Of a stretch of DNA of 64,000 nt, positions 18,684 to 31,127 are shown in pieces (positions within the stretch are counted from its first letter, which is position 1; each line of letters begins with the position of its first letter). Location of the stretch: the NCBI GenBank assembly GCA_963848835.1, contig CAWKFB010000017.1, positions 89,647 through 153,646 of the forward strand, written 5' to 3'. Below the pieces are notes generated by a model. It saw nothing but the letters and a program-made list of their open reading frames with translations, was not told the DNA's origin and searched no databases. Source of the stretch: Candidatus Aminicenantes bacterium (lineage in GTDB: Bacteria; Acidobacteriota; Aminicenantia; Aminicenantales; UBA4085). The position numbers were made by a program, and so were the translations under genes.

Positions 18684-21600
18684 ATGCATTCTCTCCTCAT
18701 CCGCCACGCGGCCGAAAACAACCTGAAGGGCGTCGATGTCGACATCCCCCACGGCCGGATGACCGTCGTCACCGGCGTATCCGGCTCGGGAAAATCCTCC
18801 CTCGTCTTCGACGTCATCTACCGCGAAGCCCGGCGCCGCTATCTCGAGACTTTCTCGTCCTACGCCCGCCAGTTCATGGGCAAGCTCCGTCGGCCCGACG
18901 TGGGCCTGGTCAGCGGCCTCTCCCCCGCCGTCGCCGTCTCCCAAAAGGCCGCCGCGGCCGGCCCCCGGTCCACGGTCGGAACGCTGACCGGGATCCACGA
19001 CGATCTCCGGCTCCTCTTCGCCCGCCTGGGAACCGCGCCCGAGGGGATCCGGCTCTCGCGGCGGATGTTCTCCTTCAACTCGGCCGAGGGGGCATGCCCC
19101 GCCTGCCGCGGGCTCGGCGTCGAGGACCGCATCGACCCCGATCTCCTCGTCTCCGATCCCGGCAAAACCCTCCGCCAGGGAGCGCTGTCCCTGACGACCC
19201 CGAACGGCTACATCATCTATTCCCAGGTCACCATCGAGGTGCTGGACGAGGTTTGCCGGGCCCATGGATTCTCGGTCGATATTCCCTGGCGCGAGCTGAC
19301 CGAAGCCCAGCGCGGGATCGTCCTCAACGGGAGCGGCCGCGTCCGCATCCGCTTCGGAAAGCATCCGCTCGAATCGCGGCTCCGCTGGAAAGGGATCACG
19401 GCCAAGCCGCGCGAAGAAGGATTCTACAAGGGCATCCTTCCGGTGATGGAGACGATCCTGAGGTCCAAGCGGAACGACAACATCCTCCGCTTCGCCCGGA
19501 CGCTCCCCTGCCGCGCCTGCGGCGGCCGCCGCCTCCGGCCCGAATCCCTCCGCGTGACCGTGGAGGACCGCTCCATCGCCGACCTCTCCGCGTTGAGCCT
19601 GGGCGATCTGGCCGCCCGCGTCCGGGCCATGGATTTCGGAACGCCGGCGGCCGATCGGGCCGCCGGAGAGGCCGTCCGCGCCTCCATTCTCGGCAAGACC
19701 GGCCTGCTCGAGCGCCTCGGCCTCGGCTATCTCCGGCTCGACCGGGCAGCGGACTCGCTTTCGGGGGGCGAGTCCCAGCGCATCCGCCTCACCGCTCAAG
19801 CCGGAAGCGGACTGCGGGGCATGCTCTACGTCCTCGACGAGCCGACCGCGGGGCTCCATCCCGCCGACACCGCCCGGCTCCTGGAGGTGCTGGGCGAGCT
19901 CCGCGACAACGGCAACACGGTCCTTGTCGTCGAGCACGACGAGGACGTGATGCGGGCGGCGGACCATCTGATCGACCTCGGCCCCGGACCGGGAGAGGAG
20001 GGCGGCAGGGTTCTGTATCAAGGCCCGGCGCGCGATCTCCTCAAGATCCCTCGCGGGTCGAGCCCGACCCGGGATTTTCTCGCCGGCGATAGGAAACCAG
20101 CGGCACATTCCCTGGGCCGGCCGGGAACGGGGCGCATCCTCGTCAGGGGGGCGCGCCTGCACAACCTGCGCGATTTGGAGGTCGAGTTCAGGCTCGGCGC
20201 CCTCAACGTAGTCACGGGTGTCTCGGGGGCGGGCAAAACAACGCTGGTCCGTCATGTTCTGGCCGAGCGGCTCCGGACAGGCCGATCCGGACCCGGTCCC
20301 GACGCCGACGGCGTCCTCGTCGAAGGGACCGTGGGACGGGTGATCGAGATCGACCGCTCTCCGATCGGCCGGACGCCGCGCTCCAACCCGGCAACCTATA
20401 CGAAGATCTCCGACCGGGTCCGCGACCTCTTCGCCGCGCTGCCCGAATCCCGGGACCGCGGCTTCGGGAAGGGCCGCTTTTCCTTCAATGTGACCGGCGG
20501 CCGGTGCGAAACCTGCCGTGGCGCCGGCCTCCTCCAGATCGGGATGCATTTCCTGGGCGACGTAGACGTCGTCTGCCCGGCCTGCGAAGGCCGCCGCTTC
20601 AATGACGCGACCCTCGCGGTGCGGGACCGCGGGAAGAGCATCCACGACGTCCTCGAAATGAGCGTCTCGGAAGCGGCCGCATTCTACCGCGACGCGGTCC
20701 GGCTCGCGGCCGACCTCGAGGTCCTAAAGCACCTCGGCCTGGGCTATCTCAAGCTGGGACAGGGTTCGACGACCCTTTCGGGCGGCGAAGCCCAGCGGAT
20801 CAAGCTGGCCTCCGAGCTGCGCCGGGCCGGATCGGCGCCCGCGCTCATCATCCTCGAGGAGCCGACGACCGGATTGCACCGGGCGGACATCGAACACCTT
20901 CTCGCCGCCCTCCAGGAGATCGTTTCCCGCGGCGGGACGATCATCGCCATCGAGCACCACCCCGACGTCATCCGCGCCGCCGACCATATCGTGGATCTCG
21001 GTCCGGGAAGCGGCGAAGACGGCGGCCGTCTCGTCGCCTGCGGAAGGCCGGACGCGATCGCGGCTTGCGCGGCCTCGGCGACGGGGCGCGCGCTCCGGGG
21101 GGAATTCGCGTCGGAAGCCCTCCGCGCGGCGGGGGTTCGGGGCCGTCCGGACGCCGAAGGACCGATCATCCTCGAAGGCGTTTCGACCCATAACCTCCGC
21201 GGCATCGACGTCCGCATCCCCTTCCGGAAATTCACGGCCGTCAGCGGGCCATCGGGCGGGGGCAAATCCTCGCTTGTCTTCGATACGCTGTACGCCGCAT
21301 CCCGGCAAAAGTACATCGAAAGCTTCTCCGCTTACGTGCGGGCGCTCATCGACAAGGGCGGACGGGCCGATTTCGCATCGGCCCGCGGATTGACCCCGCC
21401 GGTCGCGGTCGGCCGCGCCTCCTCCGCGTCCCATCCGCGTTCGACAGTCGGGACGATGACCGAGATCTACGACTATTACCGGCTGTTGTACGCGCGCGCG
21501 GGCGTCCCCCCTCCCGAGCGGACCGGCCGGACGCTCTCGGCGTCGATGTTCTCCTTCAACCATGATCAGGGCGCCTGCCCCGGATGCAAGGGCCTCGGGA

Positions 21601-23588
21601 CGATGACCGTCGCCGACCCGGACCGGCTGATCACGGACCCGAAGAAGTCCCTCCTGGCCGGAGCGATGGACGGGACGAAAACCGGCCGGTTCTACGGCGA
21701 TCCGGACGGCCAGCACGCCGCCGCCCTGCAGGCGGCCGGGGCCGCGGCCGGATTCGATTTTTCCAGGGCTTACGCGGACCTGACCGCGGAGGAACGGTCC
21801 GCCGCCCTCGACGGCACCGGAGATCGCGTCTACGATATCGTCTGGTCCTATCGGCGGGGAAAGCGGGCGGGCGATTTCGCCTTCCGCGGCCCTTGGAAAG
21901 GCTTCGCCGCCCTGGTCGCGGAAGAATACGAACGCAAGCACGCCGATCGCCGCGGCGAAGCGATGCGGGTTCTGATGAAGGACGGACCCTGCCCCCGCTG
22001 CGGCGGCCGGCGCCTCAATCCCGCCGCTCTCGCGGTCACGTATCGCGGGCTCGGGATCGCCGATCTCTCCGCCCTGACCGTGGCGCAAAGCCTCGCCTTT
22101 TTTGCCGGCGGAGGAAGTCCCGCCGCGCCGATGGACGCCCGGACCGCGGCCGTGACCGCCGCCGTCCAGGGAGAGATCATCCGGCGTCTCGGGCTCATCC
22201 GCGATGTCGGCCTGGATTATCTCAGCCTCGACCGCGCTTCCGGCGGCCTTTCGGGTGGAGAAGCTCAACGCCTCCGGCTGGCCGGGCTCCTCGGGGTCAG
22301 GCTCACCGGCGTCACCTTCGTCCTGGACGAGCCGACGCTCGGGCTCCATCCCCGGGACACGGCGAAGCTCGTCGGCATGCTCCGCGAGCTCACGGCGGAG
22401 GGCAACACGGTCGTCGCCGTCGAGCACGACCTCGAGGTCATCCGGGCCGCCGACCACGTCCTCGACCTGGGACCCGGCGCGGGCCGGAACGGAGGGAGGA
22501 TCGTTGCCGAAGGCGCTCCCGCCGAAATCGAGCGGTCTTCGGACTCCGTGACCGGGCCTTATCTCGCCCGCCGCGCGCGGACACCCGTCCCGCTTCAAGG
22601 AATCTCCGGGCCTCCGATCGAAATCAAGGGCGCCCGGGCGAACAATCTCCGCTCCGTCGACGTCTCGATCCCGACGGGCGTGCTGACGGCCGTGACCGGA
22701 GTCTCCGGGAGCGGCAAGTCCAGCCTCGTCTTCGACGTGCTCCTGGCTTCGGCCCAAGCCGGGCGGGCGGCTTCCTGCGCCGACATCCGCGGGCTCGAGC
22801 GATTCGAGAGGATCATTCCGGTCGGGAGCGAAGCCCCTCCCGAGAGCGCGGCGAGCATCCCCCTGACCTATCTTGGCCTTTTCGACGCGATTCGGGCTCT
22901 GTTCGCGGATTCACCGGACGCGCGGGCGCGGGGTCTCGGCAAATCCCATTTTTCCTTTCTCACCCGCGAGGGACGCTGCGAAGTCTGCGGCGGAACCGGC
23001 CGCGAAACGGTGAGCCTGGACCACCTGGCCGACGTCTCGGTCCCCTGCGAAGCCTGCGGCGGGAACCGCTTCCATCCCAGGGTTCTCGAGGTCCGCGTCT
23101 CGGGGCGGACGATCGCCGATATCCTCCGGATGACGGCGGCGGAGGCGGCGACAGCCCTATCAGGCTTGCCGAAGGTCGCCGCAAGCCTTTCCCTTCTCTC
23201 CGGGATCGGCCTGGATTATCTCGAGCTCGGCCAATCTCTTGATACGCTTTCGGCGGGCGAGCGGCAGCGACTGAAGCTCGCCGCCGAGCTGCTCCATCCG
23301 CCGTCCGGGAAGGCCCTCTATCTCTTCGACGAGCCGACGAGCGGACTTCACCCAACGGATGTGGAGCGGCTTTTACGGCTCTTCGCGAAGCTCCTCGCCG
23401 CGGGTCACACGATCGTTGCCGTGGAGCACGATCTCGAGCTCATCTCCCGGGCCGGCCATGTCATCGACCTGGGTCCGGAGGGAGGCGACAAAGGCGGGAA
23501 GCTCGTCATCCAAGGGCCGCCGGAAGCCGTCACGGCATGCCCGTCCTCTTATATGGGCGCAGCCCTCAAAACGTATTGGGGCCGCTGA
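18684..23588 (+). CDS. Tandem-duplicated UvrA-like ABC ATPase with four nucleotide-binding domains
   Basis: 1634-aa ORF. It has four Walker A motifs (GVSGSGKSS, GVSGAGKTT, GPSGGGKSS, GVSGSGKSS) and four ABC signatures (LSGGESQR, LSGGEAQR x2, LSAGERQR). CxxC zinc-module pairs occur in each half (e.g. CPACRGLG, CRACGGRR, CETCRGAG, CPACEGRR). Confidence 0.9.
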   Translation: MHSLLIRHAAENNLKGVDVDIPHGRMTVVTGVSGSGKSSLVFDVIYREARRRYLETFSSYARQFMGKLRRPDVGLVSGLSPAVAVSQKAAAAGPRSTVGTLTGIHDDLRLLFARLGTAPEGIRLSRRMFSFNSAEGACPACRGLGVEDRIDPDLLVSDPGKTLRQGALSLTTPNGYIIYSQVTIEVLDEVCRAHGFSVDIPWRELTEAQRGIVLNGSGRVRIRFGKHPLESRLRWKGITAKPREEGFYKGILPVMETILRSKRNDNILRFARTLPCRACGGRRLRPESLRVTVEDRSIADLSALSLGDLAARVRAMDFGTPAADRAAGEAVRASILGKTGLLERLGLGYLRLDRAADSLSGGESQRIRLTAQAGSGLRGMLYVLDEPTAGLHPADTARLLEVLGELRDNGNTVLVVEHDEDVMRAADHLIDLGPGPGEEGGRVLYQGPARDLLKIPRGSSPTRDFLAGDRKPAAHSLGRPGTGRILVRGARLHNLRDLEVEFRLGALNVVTGVSGAGKTTLVRHVLAERLRTGRSGPGPDADGVLVEGTVGRVIEIDRSPIGRTPRSNPATYTKISDRVRDLFAALPESRDRGFGKGRFSFNVTGGRCETCRGAGLLQIGMHFLGDVDVVCPACEGRRFNDATLAVRDRGKSIHDVLEMSVSEAAAFYRDAVRLAADLEVLKHLGLGYLKLGQGSTTLSGGEAQRIKLASELRRAGSAPALIILEEPTTGLHRADIEHLLAALQEIVSRGGTIIAIEHHPDVIRAADHIVDLGPGSGEDGGRLVACGRPDAIAACAASATGRALRGEFASEALRAAGVRGRPDAEGPIILEGVSTHNLRGIDVRIPFRKFTAVSGPSGGGKSSLVFDTLYAASRQKYIESFSAYVRALIDKGGRADFASARGLTPPVAVGRASSASHPRSTVGTMTEIYDYYRLLYARAGVPPPERTGRTLSASMFSFNHDQGACPGCKGLGTMTVADPDRLITDPKKSLLAGAMDGTKTGRFYGDPDGQHAAALQAAGAAAGFDFSRAYADLTAEERSAALDGTGDRVYDIVWSYRRGKRAGDFAFRGPWKGFAALVAEEYERKHADRRGEAMRVLMKDGPCPRCGGRRLNPAALAVTYRGLGIADLSALTVAQSLAFFAGGGSPAAPMDARTAAVTAAVQGEIIRRLGLIRDVGLDYLSLDRASGGLSGGEAQRLRLAGLLGVRLTGVTFVLDEPTLGLHPRDTAKLVGMLRELTAEGNTVVAVEHDLEVIRAADHVLDLGPGAGRNGGRIVAEGAPAEIERSSDSVTGPYLARRARTPVPLQGISGPPIEIKGARANNLRSVDVSIPTGVLTAVTGVSGSGKSSLVFDVLLASAQAGRAASCADIRGLERFERIIPVGSEAPPESAASIPLTYLGLFDAIRALFADSPDARARGLGKSHFSFLTREGRCEVCGGTGRETVSLDHLADVSVPCEACGGNRFHPRVLEVRVSGRTIADILRMTAAEAATALSGLPKVAASLSLLSGIGLDYLELGQSLDTLSAGERQRLKLAAELLHPPSGKALYLFDEPTSGLHPTDVERLLRLFAKLLAAGHTIVAVEHDLELISRAGHVIDLGPEGGDKGGKLVIQGPPEAVTACPSSYMGAALKTYWGR

Positions 23589-23599
23589 CCGCTTTGAGC

Positions 23600-23622
23600 G
23601 CGCGGCCGGAATCCGGGCGCGC
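23600..23622. terminator. GC-rich hairpin between convergent genes; possible bidirectional terminator
   Basis: The sequence gcgcg-g-ccgg aat ccgg-g-cgcgc forms 9 bp with one G.G mismatch. There is no U-tract. Confidence 0.25.
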
Positions 23623-23631
23623 CGCGTCCGA

Positions 23632-24021
23632 TCAGAGCTTGGCTTTGATCCCGTCCAGGGCTTTCTGGGGGGACATGGCCCCGAACTGGAACTCGAGCGC
23701 GTCCCCGGATTTCAGCTTGAGAAGAAGCGCCTTCTGGAGAAAGCCCTTTTTTACGATCGCGGCATCCCCGATATCGCCGAACGGGATGGCCGCGTGATCC
23801 GCCAGCTTCTCAAAAGGCTGGGCCGGATTGATGACCCGGTAAGCCGCGGCGATCTTGGCCGCGGCGTTCTTCTCGAGAGAAATTCCCGCCTGAAAACGGA
23901 CATATCTGTCCGTGACATAGATCTTCCCCGTGATCTTCTCCGAGTTCGGGCTGGGATCGCCCATGAAGACCGACCAGGATCCGACGATTTCTTCGCCTTG
24001 TTCCAGCCAGGGTTCAGCCAT
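23632..24021 (-). CDS. Hypothetical 129-aa protein; I suspect a PH/GRAM-like fold
   Basis: An intact ORF in a gap with no competing gene. The pattern ITGKIYVTDRYVRFQ resembles bacterial PH/GRAM-type domains. I cannot assign a family without a search. Confidence 0.45.
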   Translation of the reverse strand: MAEPWLEQGEEIVGSWSVFMGDPSPNSEKITGKIYVTDRYVRFQAGISLEKNAAAKIAAAYRVINPAQPFEKLADHAAIPFGDIGDAAIVKKGFLQKALLLKLKSGDALEFQFGAMSPQKALDGIKAKL

Positions 24022-24059
24022 GACTCTCTCCCGTGAATATCGTTCGAAGCCCGCCGCGC

Positions 24060-24479
24060 TTACCGGATGGCCGCCATGGCCTCCTGGTATTTCTGCTGGG
24101 CCTCCATGACCTTCGGATCCGAAGCATAGGTCCCCATCTTCCCCATGGCGCCCATCATCTTGCCCATGACCGCGGTGACTCTGTCCGTCAGAGGCTTGAG
24201 CTCCGCGGGCGGATTTTCCTGGTCCTTAAGCTCCGGGTACTTTTCGCCGATTTCCTTCATTTTCGGACCCAGCTGAGTCATGACCTTCGTCACGGCGGTC
24301 AGCGCGGCCGCGACATCGTCGGCGCTCGCGGCCTTGTCCAGGGCGGCGACGAACTGCTCGTTGCCGACGACGAATTTTTCCATGACGTCCTTGGCGTCGG
24401 CGTATTTTCCGCCGCCCTTGCAGGCGACCAGGCCAAAGGCGAAGAAGACGACGAGCGCGAACAAAGCGAATTTCTTCAT
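24060..24479 (-). CDS. Small lipoprotein, function unknown
   Basis: MKKFALFALVVFFAFGLVAC carries a lipobox (LVAC). The rest is Lys/Ala/Met-rich and looks helical. Confidence 0.6.
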   Translation of the reverse strand: MKKFALFALVVFFAFGLVACKGGGKYADAKDVMEKFVVGNEQFVAALDKAASADDVAAALTAVTKVMTQLGPKMKEIGEKYPELKDQENPPAELKPLTDRVTAVMGKMMGAMGKMGTYASDPKVMEAQQKYQEAMAAIR

Positions 24480-24596
24480 GAATGCCCTCCTCGGGAATAG
24501 ATCAGATAGGTCCTACTTATCATAGAAGCAGCCTTCCGCACAAACGCTCAAAGCAAATTCCCGCCCGCCCGTCGTCCCTCTTCGGGCCGCCGCGGC

Positions 24597-26945
<2,349 letters not shown>

Positions 26946-26984
26946 TCAAGGCGACGGACGGCCCATGGGGGTGCGAAATCCGGC

Positions 26985-27695
26985 TCATGGCGCGGGCGCG
27001 GACGGCGCTCCTCCGGCGTGCGCCCGGCGTTCCCTGAGCACGATGATGAACAGCGCGCCCGCCAGGACGATGGCCAGATGGCACATCACCGAAGGCATCA
27101 GGCTCCCCGGCTCTTCGGGAGCCATAAGCCCGATGGCAAACGCGGGAAGAACGAAGCCGAGGATCCCGGCCTGAAGGAGGGCCAGATGCTTCCGGAGGAC
27201 CATATCGCGCGTCTTGCCCATCCCGTAAGCCGTTCCGAAGATGATCCCGGCCAGCCCGGCCTGGTAAAAAACTCCATATGCAATGTCAAACGGCGCGGTC
27301 GGATAATATTTGGCCACGACGAGCTCGCAGATCGACCGGCTGATGACGTCGGGATGAACCAGGATCCAGACCGAGAATCCCAAAGCCAGGACGGTCTCGA
27401 CCCACGCCGCCGCCCGGGCCGGGACGGCGGCGGATCCGCTGAGCCGCGCCGTCAGCCACAAGCCGAGCGGCGGGAGCCAGGTGATATCGAGATAAGCGAG
27501 CACGGACCAGAGCTTGAGCCCCGGCTGGCCGCAAACCAGGACTTCAGCGAACTGATACCCGGCCAGGAGGAGGAGGATCGTTCCGACCGGCCGGAGGATG
27601 CGCTTCCGGCCCCGGCTCAAGCCGGAGAAAACCCACGCCGCCGCTGCGATTTCGAGGCCCCCCGTCACGATCGCCAGGATCGGCGAATACCCCAT
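26985..27695 (-). CDS. Polytopic membrane protein, function unknown
   Basis: 236-aa ORF with about 6-7 hydrophobic segments. I recognise no family motif. Confidence 0.5.
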   Translation of the reverse strand: MGYSPILAIVTGGLEIAAAAWVFSGLSRGRKRILRPVGTILLLLAGYQFAEVLVCGQPGLKLWSVLAYLDITWLPPLGLWLTARLSGSAAVPARAAAWVETVLALGFSVWILVHPDVISRSICELVVAKYYPTAPFDIAYGVFYQAGLAGIIFGTAYGMGKTRDMVLRKHLALLQAGILGFVLPAFAIGLMAPEEPGSLMPSVMCHLAIVLAGALFIIVLRERRAHAGGAPSAPAP

Positions 27696-27769
27696 GAAGG
27701 CATTCTATGGGAATCGCCTTCCCGCGTCCATCGTTTATGATACGCCCGGCCGAAGGAGGTTGCGCCCCC

Positions 27770-27799
27770 TTGACGCGGGTCGGGGTGCAGGAATATTCT
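27770..27799 (+). promoter_or_regulatory. Possible sigma70-type promoter for the aminotransferase/OCD pair
   Basis: TTGACG (27770-27775), an 18-nt spacer, then TATTCT (27794-27799). GGAGG and ATG 27823 follow. Confidence 0.3.
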
Positions 27800-27822
27800 C
27801 ATCCGGGGAACGGAGGTCGATC

Positions 27823-28954
27823 ATGCCCGAATTTCAGCCTTTCGTCATGGAACGGATGATGTCCAAGTTCGAGAAAGCCGTCGACTACAACCTCTCGGAG
27901 AGCGGGGTCCACCCTCTCACCCTGCGAGAGCTCTTCCGGAACGATCGCGCCGGCGCTCTCCAACCTGCTGTCCCTGGAGATGGATTACGCTCACGCCAAC
28001 GGCATCCCGGAGCTCCGCGAGAATATCGCGGCCATGTATCCGGGCGCCGGGCCGGACAACGTCCTGGTGACCGTCGGGGCCATCGAGGCCAACTACGACA
28101 TCCTCTGGAGCGTCGTCAAGGCCGGGGACGAGGTCGTGGTCATGCTCCCGAACTACATGCAGATCTGGGGGCTGGCGAAGAACCTCGGCCTCGCGCTCAA
28201 GACCTTCACCCTCGACGAACGGAACGGCTGGGCGCCCGACCTCGAGGGATTGAAGAAGGCCGTGACGGGAAAGACGAAGCTGATCGCGGTCTGCAATCCC
28301 AACAATCCGACGGGATACATCCTCAAGAAAGAGGAGATGGAGGCGATCGTCGATATCGCCCGCGAAACCGGGGCCTGGATCCTCGCCGACGAGGTCTATG
28401 CCGGGGCCGAGCGCGTGGCCGAAGAACAGACTCCCACCTTCTACGGGAAGTACGAAAAGGTCCTCGCCGTCGGGAGCCTGAGCAAGGCCTACGGCCTGCC
28501 GGGGCTCAGGATCGGTTGGGCCGTCGGGCCGGCTGACGTGGTCGACGCGCTCTGGTCGAGGCACGAATACCTGACCTTGAGCGCGACGATGCTTTCCAAC
28601 CATCTGGCCGCCTATGCCCTCTCCCCTGCCGTCCGCCCCCGGCTCATCGAGCGCGCCCGCGGCTTCATCCGCCGCGGCTACCCCGTCCTCGAACAATGGA
28701 TGGCCGAGCACAAGGGCGTCCTCAGCGCCACTCCGCCGCAGGCCGCGGCGATCGCCTTCGTCAAGTACCGTCTGGACATCCCGTCGACCCGCTTCGTCGA
28801 GCGGCTGCGGGAGGAGAAGAAAGTGCTCATCGTCCCCGGGGAGCATTTCGGGCTCGACGGATTCGTCCGGATCAGCTACGGGCTGCCTCACGAATACCTG
28901 AAGCCGGCCCTCGGCCGGATCCACGATCTGATCGCGGAGCTGGGGCCGAAATAA
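27823..28954 (+). CDS. Class I/II PLP-dependent aminotransferase. One apparent +1 frameshift near 27943-27958.
   Basis: ATG 27823 is preceded by GGAGG. The product starts MPEFQPFVMERMMSKFEKAVDYNLSESGVHPLTLRELFRND, then shifts frame into ORF 27980..28954 (LSNLLSLEMDYAHANGIPELR...). It contains CNPNNPTG and the PLP-lysine block SLSKAYGLPGLRIGW. Confidence 0.8.
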
Positions 28955-28975
28955 GTCCGGACCGCGAGACCGACC

Positions 28976-29914
28976 GTGAAGATCGCGACGCTCGCCGAGA
29001 TCAAGGCGGTTCTTCCCTCGCTCGACCTCATCCCGGCGATCGAGCGCGGCTTCGTCGCCTATTCCTCCGGCCGGGCGGTCGTCCCTCCGGTCGGCGAGCT
29101 GATCCTGGAGCGGGGCGAGGTCCACATCAAATACGGCTACATCCGCGGAGATGATTTCTACGTCATCAAGATCGCCTCCGGATTCTACGGCAATTCCGCC
29201 CTGGGATTGCCCTCGGGCAACGGATGCATGCTTCTTTTCGACCAGAAGACCGGAGAGCCGGCCGCGGTTCTTCTCGACGAGGGCCATCTGACCGACGTCC
29301 GGACCGGAGTCGCGGGCGCGGTGGCGGCCAAGCATCTCGCCCCGAAGAAAGTGGAGCGGATCGGCATCGTCGGCGCCGGGACCCAAGCCCGCCAACAGCT
29401 GACCTGGCTATCCCGCGTCACGGCCTGCCGGGACGTCTTAACCTGGGGACCGATCCCGGCCGAGCTCGAGGCTTATAAGCGCGAGATGGAAGCGCGCGCG
29501 TTCGCCGTGGAGACGACCATGGACGCGGGCCGAATCCTCCGGGAATGCAACCTCATCGTCACGGCGACGCCCTCGAAATCGCCGCTTCTCTTCGCCGCCG
29601 ACCTGCGGCCGGGAACCCACATCACCGCGGTCGGATCCGACACGCCGGACAAACAGGAGCTCGACTCGGAAATCCTCGTCCGGGCCGATGTGGTCGTGGC
29701 CGACAGCCGCGCTCAATGCCGTCTCCGCGGCGAGATCCACAAAGCACTCGAAGCGGGCCGGATCACGGAGGACAAGTGCGTCGAGCTCGGCGACGTCATC
29801 TCCCGCAAGGCGACCGGCCGGACATCAGACGGCCAGATCACCGTCGCCGACCTGACAGGCGTCGCCGTTCAGGATATCGAGATCGCCGTCGCGGTCTTTC
29901 GCGCCCTCGGGTGA
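28976..29914 (+). CDS. Ornithine cyclodeaminase/mu-crystallin family NAD-dependent enzyme
   Basis: 312-aa ORF with a GTG start. It has a Rossmann motif (IGIVGAGTQARQQL), and the overall layout is typical of the OCD/mu-crystallin family. Confidence 0.8.
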   Translation: MKIATLAEIKAVLPSLDLIPAIERGFVAYSSGRAVVPPVGELILERGEVHIKYGYIRGDDFYVIKIASGFYGNSALGLPSGNGCMLLFDQKTGEPAAVLLDEGHLTDVRTGVAGAVAAKHLAPKKVERIGIVGAGTQARQQLTWLSRVTACRDVLTWGPIPAELEAYKREMEARAFAVETTMDAGRILRECNLIVTATPSKSPLLFAADLRPGTHITAVGSDTPDKQELDSEILVRADVVVADSRAQCRLRGEIHKALEAGRITEDKCVELGDVISRKATGRTSDGQITVADLTGVAVQDIEIAVAVFRALG

Positions 29915-29946
29915 TCGATCGCGGCCCTAAAGAAGGAGTCACCGTC

Positions 29947-31095
29947 ATGAAAACAAAGGGACGGCCCAAGATCCTCCTCGCCTGGACGGCCGGCATCGTA
30001 CTTCTGGGAGTCCTTTCATCGACTCTCCCGCCGGCCTCGGCCCAAGTTCCACCCGCTGCCGCGCCGGTCTTTCCCGGCCCGGCCTGGGAACGCATCGAAA
30101 AACCCGAAGCGGCCGGATTTTCGTCCGCCCGCCTGGCCGCCCTGCGGGCCTGGCTCGAATCGATCGACACGACGGCGATGATGGTCTCCGTCGGCGGAAG
30201 ATCGCTCTTCGAATACGGCGACCTGAGCCATCTGAGCTACCTGGCTTCGGTCCGCAAGAGCGTCCTGGCCATCCTCTACGGGAAATACGTGGAGAACGGA
30301 ACAATCGATCTCCGGAAGACCCTCAAGGACATCGGGCTGACCGAGGTCGACGAGCTGATGCCGATCGAGCTCAGCGCCACGATCGAGAACCTGATCACCG
30401 CCCGCTCGGGGGTCTATCACCCGGCCTCCAATTCGGGAGACAGCACGGCCAGCGCTCCGCCCCGCGGGTCGCAGCGCCCGGGGACCTATTTCCTCTACAA
30501 CAACTGGGACTTCAACGCCGCCGGGGCGGCCTTCGAGATCCTGACGGGGAAGGACATCTACGACGCCCTGGAAGCCGACCTAGCCCGGCCGATCGGGATG
30601 CAGGATTTCGACCGGGCCAAGCAGCGGAAATCCGGGGACCTGAAGCGGTCGAAGTACCCGGCCTACCACATGTATCTATCGACGCGCGATATGGCCCGAA
30701 TCGGGCTCCTGATGCTGCGCGACGGCCGATGGGCCGGGCAGCCCGTCGCATCGAAGGAGTGGATCGGCCGCATCAGAAGTCTCTTCACGCCGCTGAACGA
30801 GATGAATCCGCCGGGCAGCCGCGCCCTCGGGACGGGGAACCGCTGGGGATACGGCACCATGTGGTGGGTCTGGGACGCGCCGAATTCGCCGGGGCCCTTT
30901 CAGAGGGCTTATACCGGCATGGGAGCGGGCGGACAGTACATCACGATCCTGCCGGAGCTGGACATGGTGATCGCCCACAAGACCGATACCGGACAGATCT
31001 CGCCCCACGGCGACGGCAAGCGCACGCGGTCCGTGACCCTCCGGGACTATGACGCGGCGCTCCGGATCCTGATCTCGGCCGCCGGGAGCCGCTGA
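29947..31095 (+). CDS. Secreted beta-lactamase-fold serine hydrolase
   Basis: This is ORF 29545..31095 trimmed to ATG 29947 (MKTKGRPKILLAWTAGIVLLGVLSSTLPPASA, a signal peptide). It has an SxxK motif (SVRKS). Confidence 0.75.
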   Translation: MKTKGRPKILLAWTAGIVLLGVLSSTLPPASAQVPPAAAPVFPGPAWERIEKPEAAGFSSARLAALRAWLESIDTTAMMVSVGGRSLFEYGDLSHLSYLASVRKSVLAILYGKYVENGTIDLRKTLKDIGLTEVDELMPIELSATIENLITARSGVYHPASNSGDSTASAPPRGSQRPGTYFLYNNWDFNAAGAAFEILTGKDIYDALEADLARPIGMQDFDRAKQRKSGDLKRSKYPAYHMYLSTRDMARIGLLMLRDGRWAGQPVASKEWIGRIRSLFTPLNEMNPPGSRALGTGNRWGYGTMWWVWDAPNSPGPFQRAYTGMGAGGQYITILPELDMVIAHKTDTGQISPHGDGKRTRSVTLRDYDAALRILISAAGSR

Positions 31096-31127
31096 GCCGC
31101 CTCGCCGGGTTCCCTTTCCCGGGGCGC

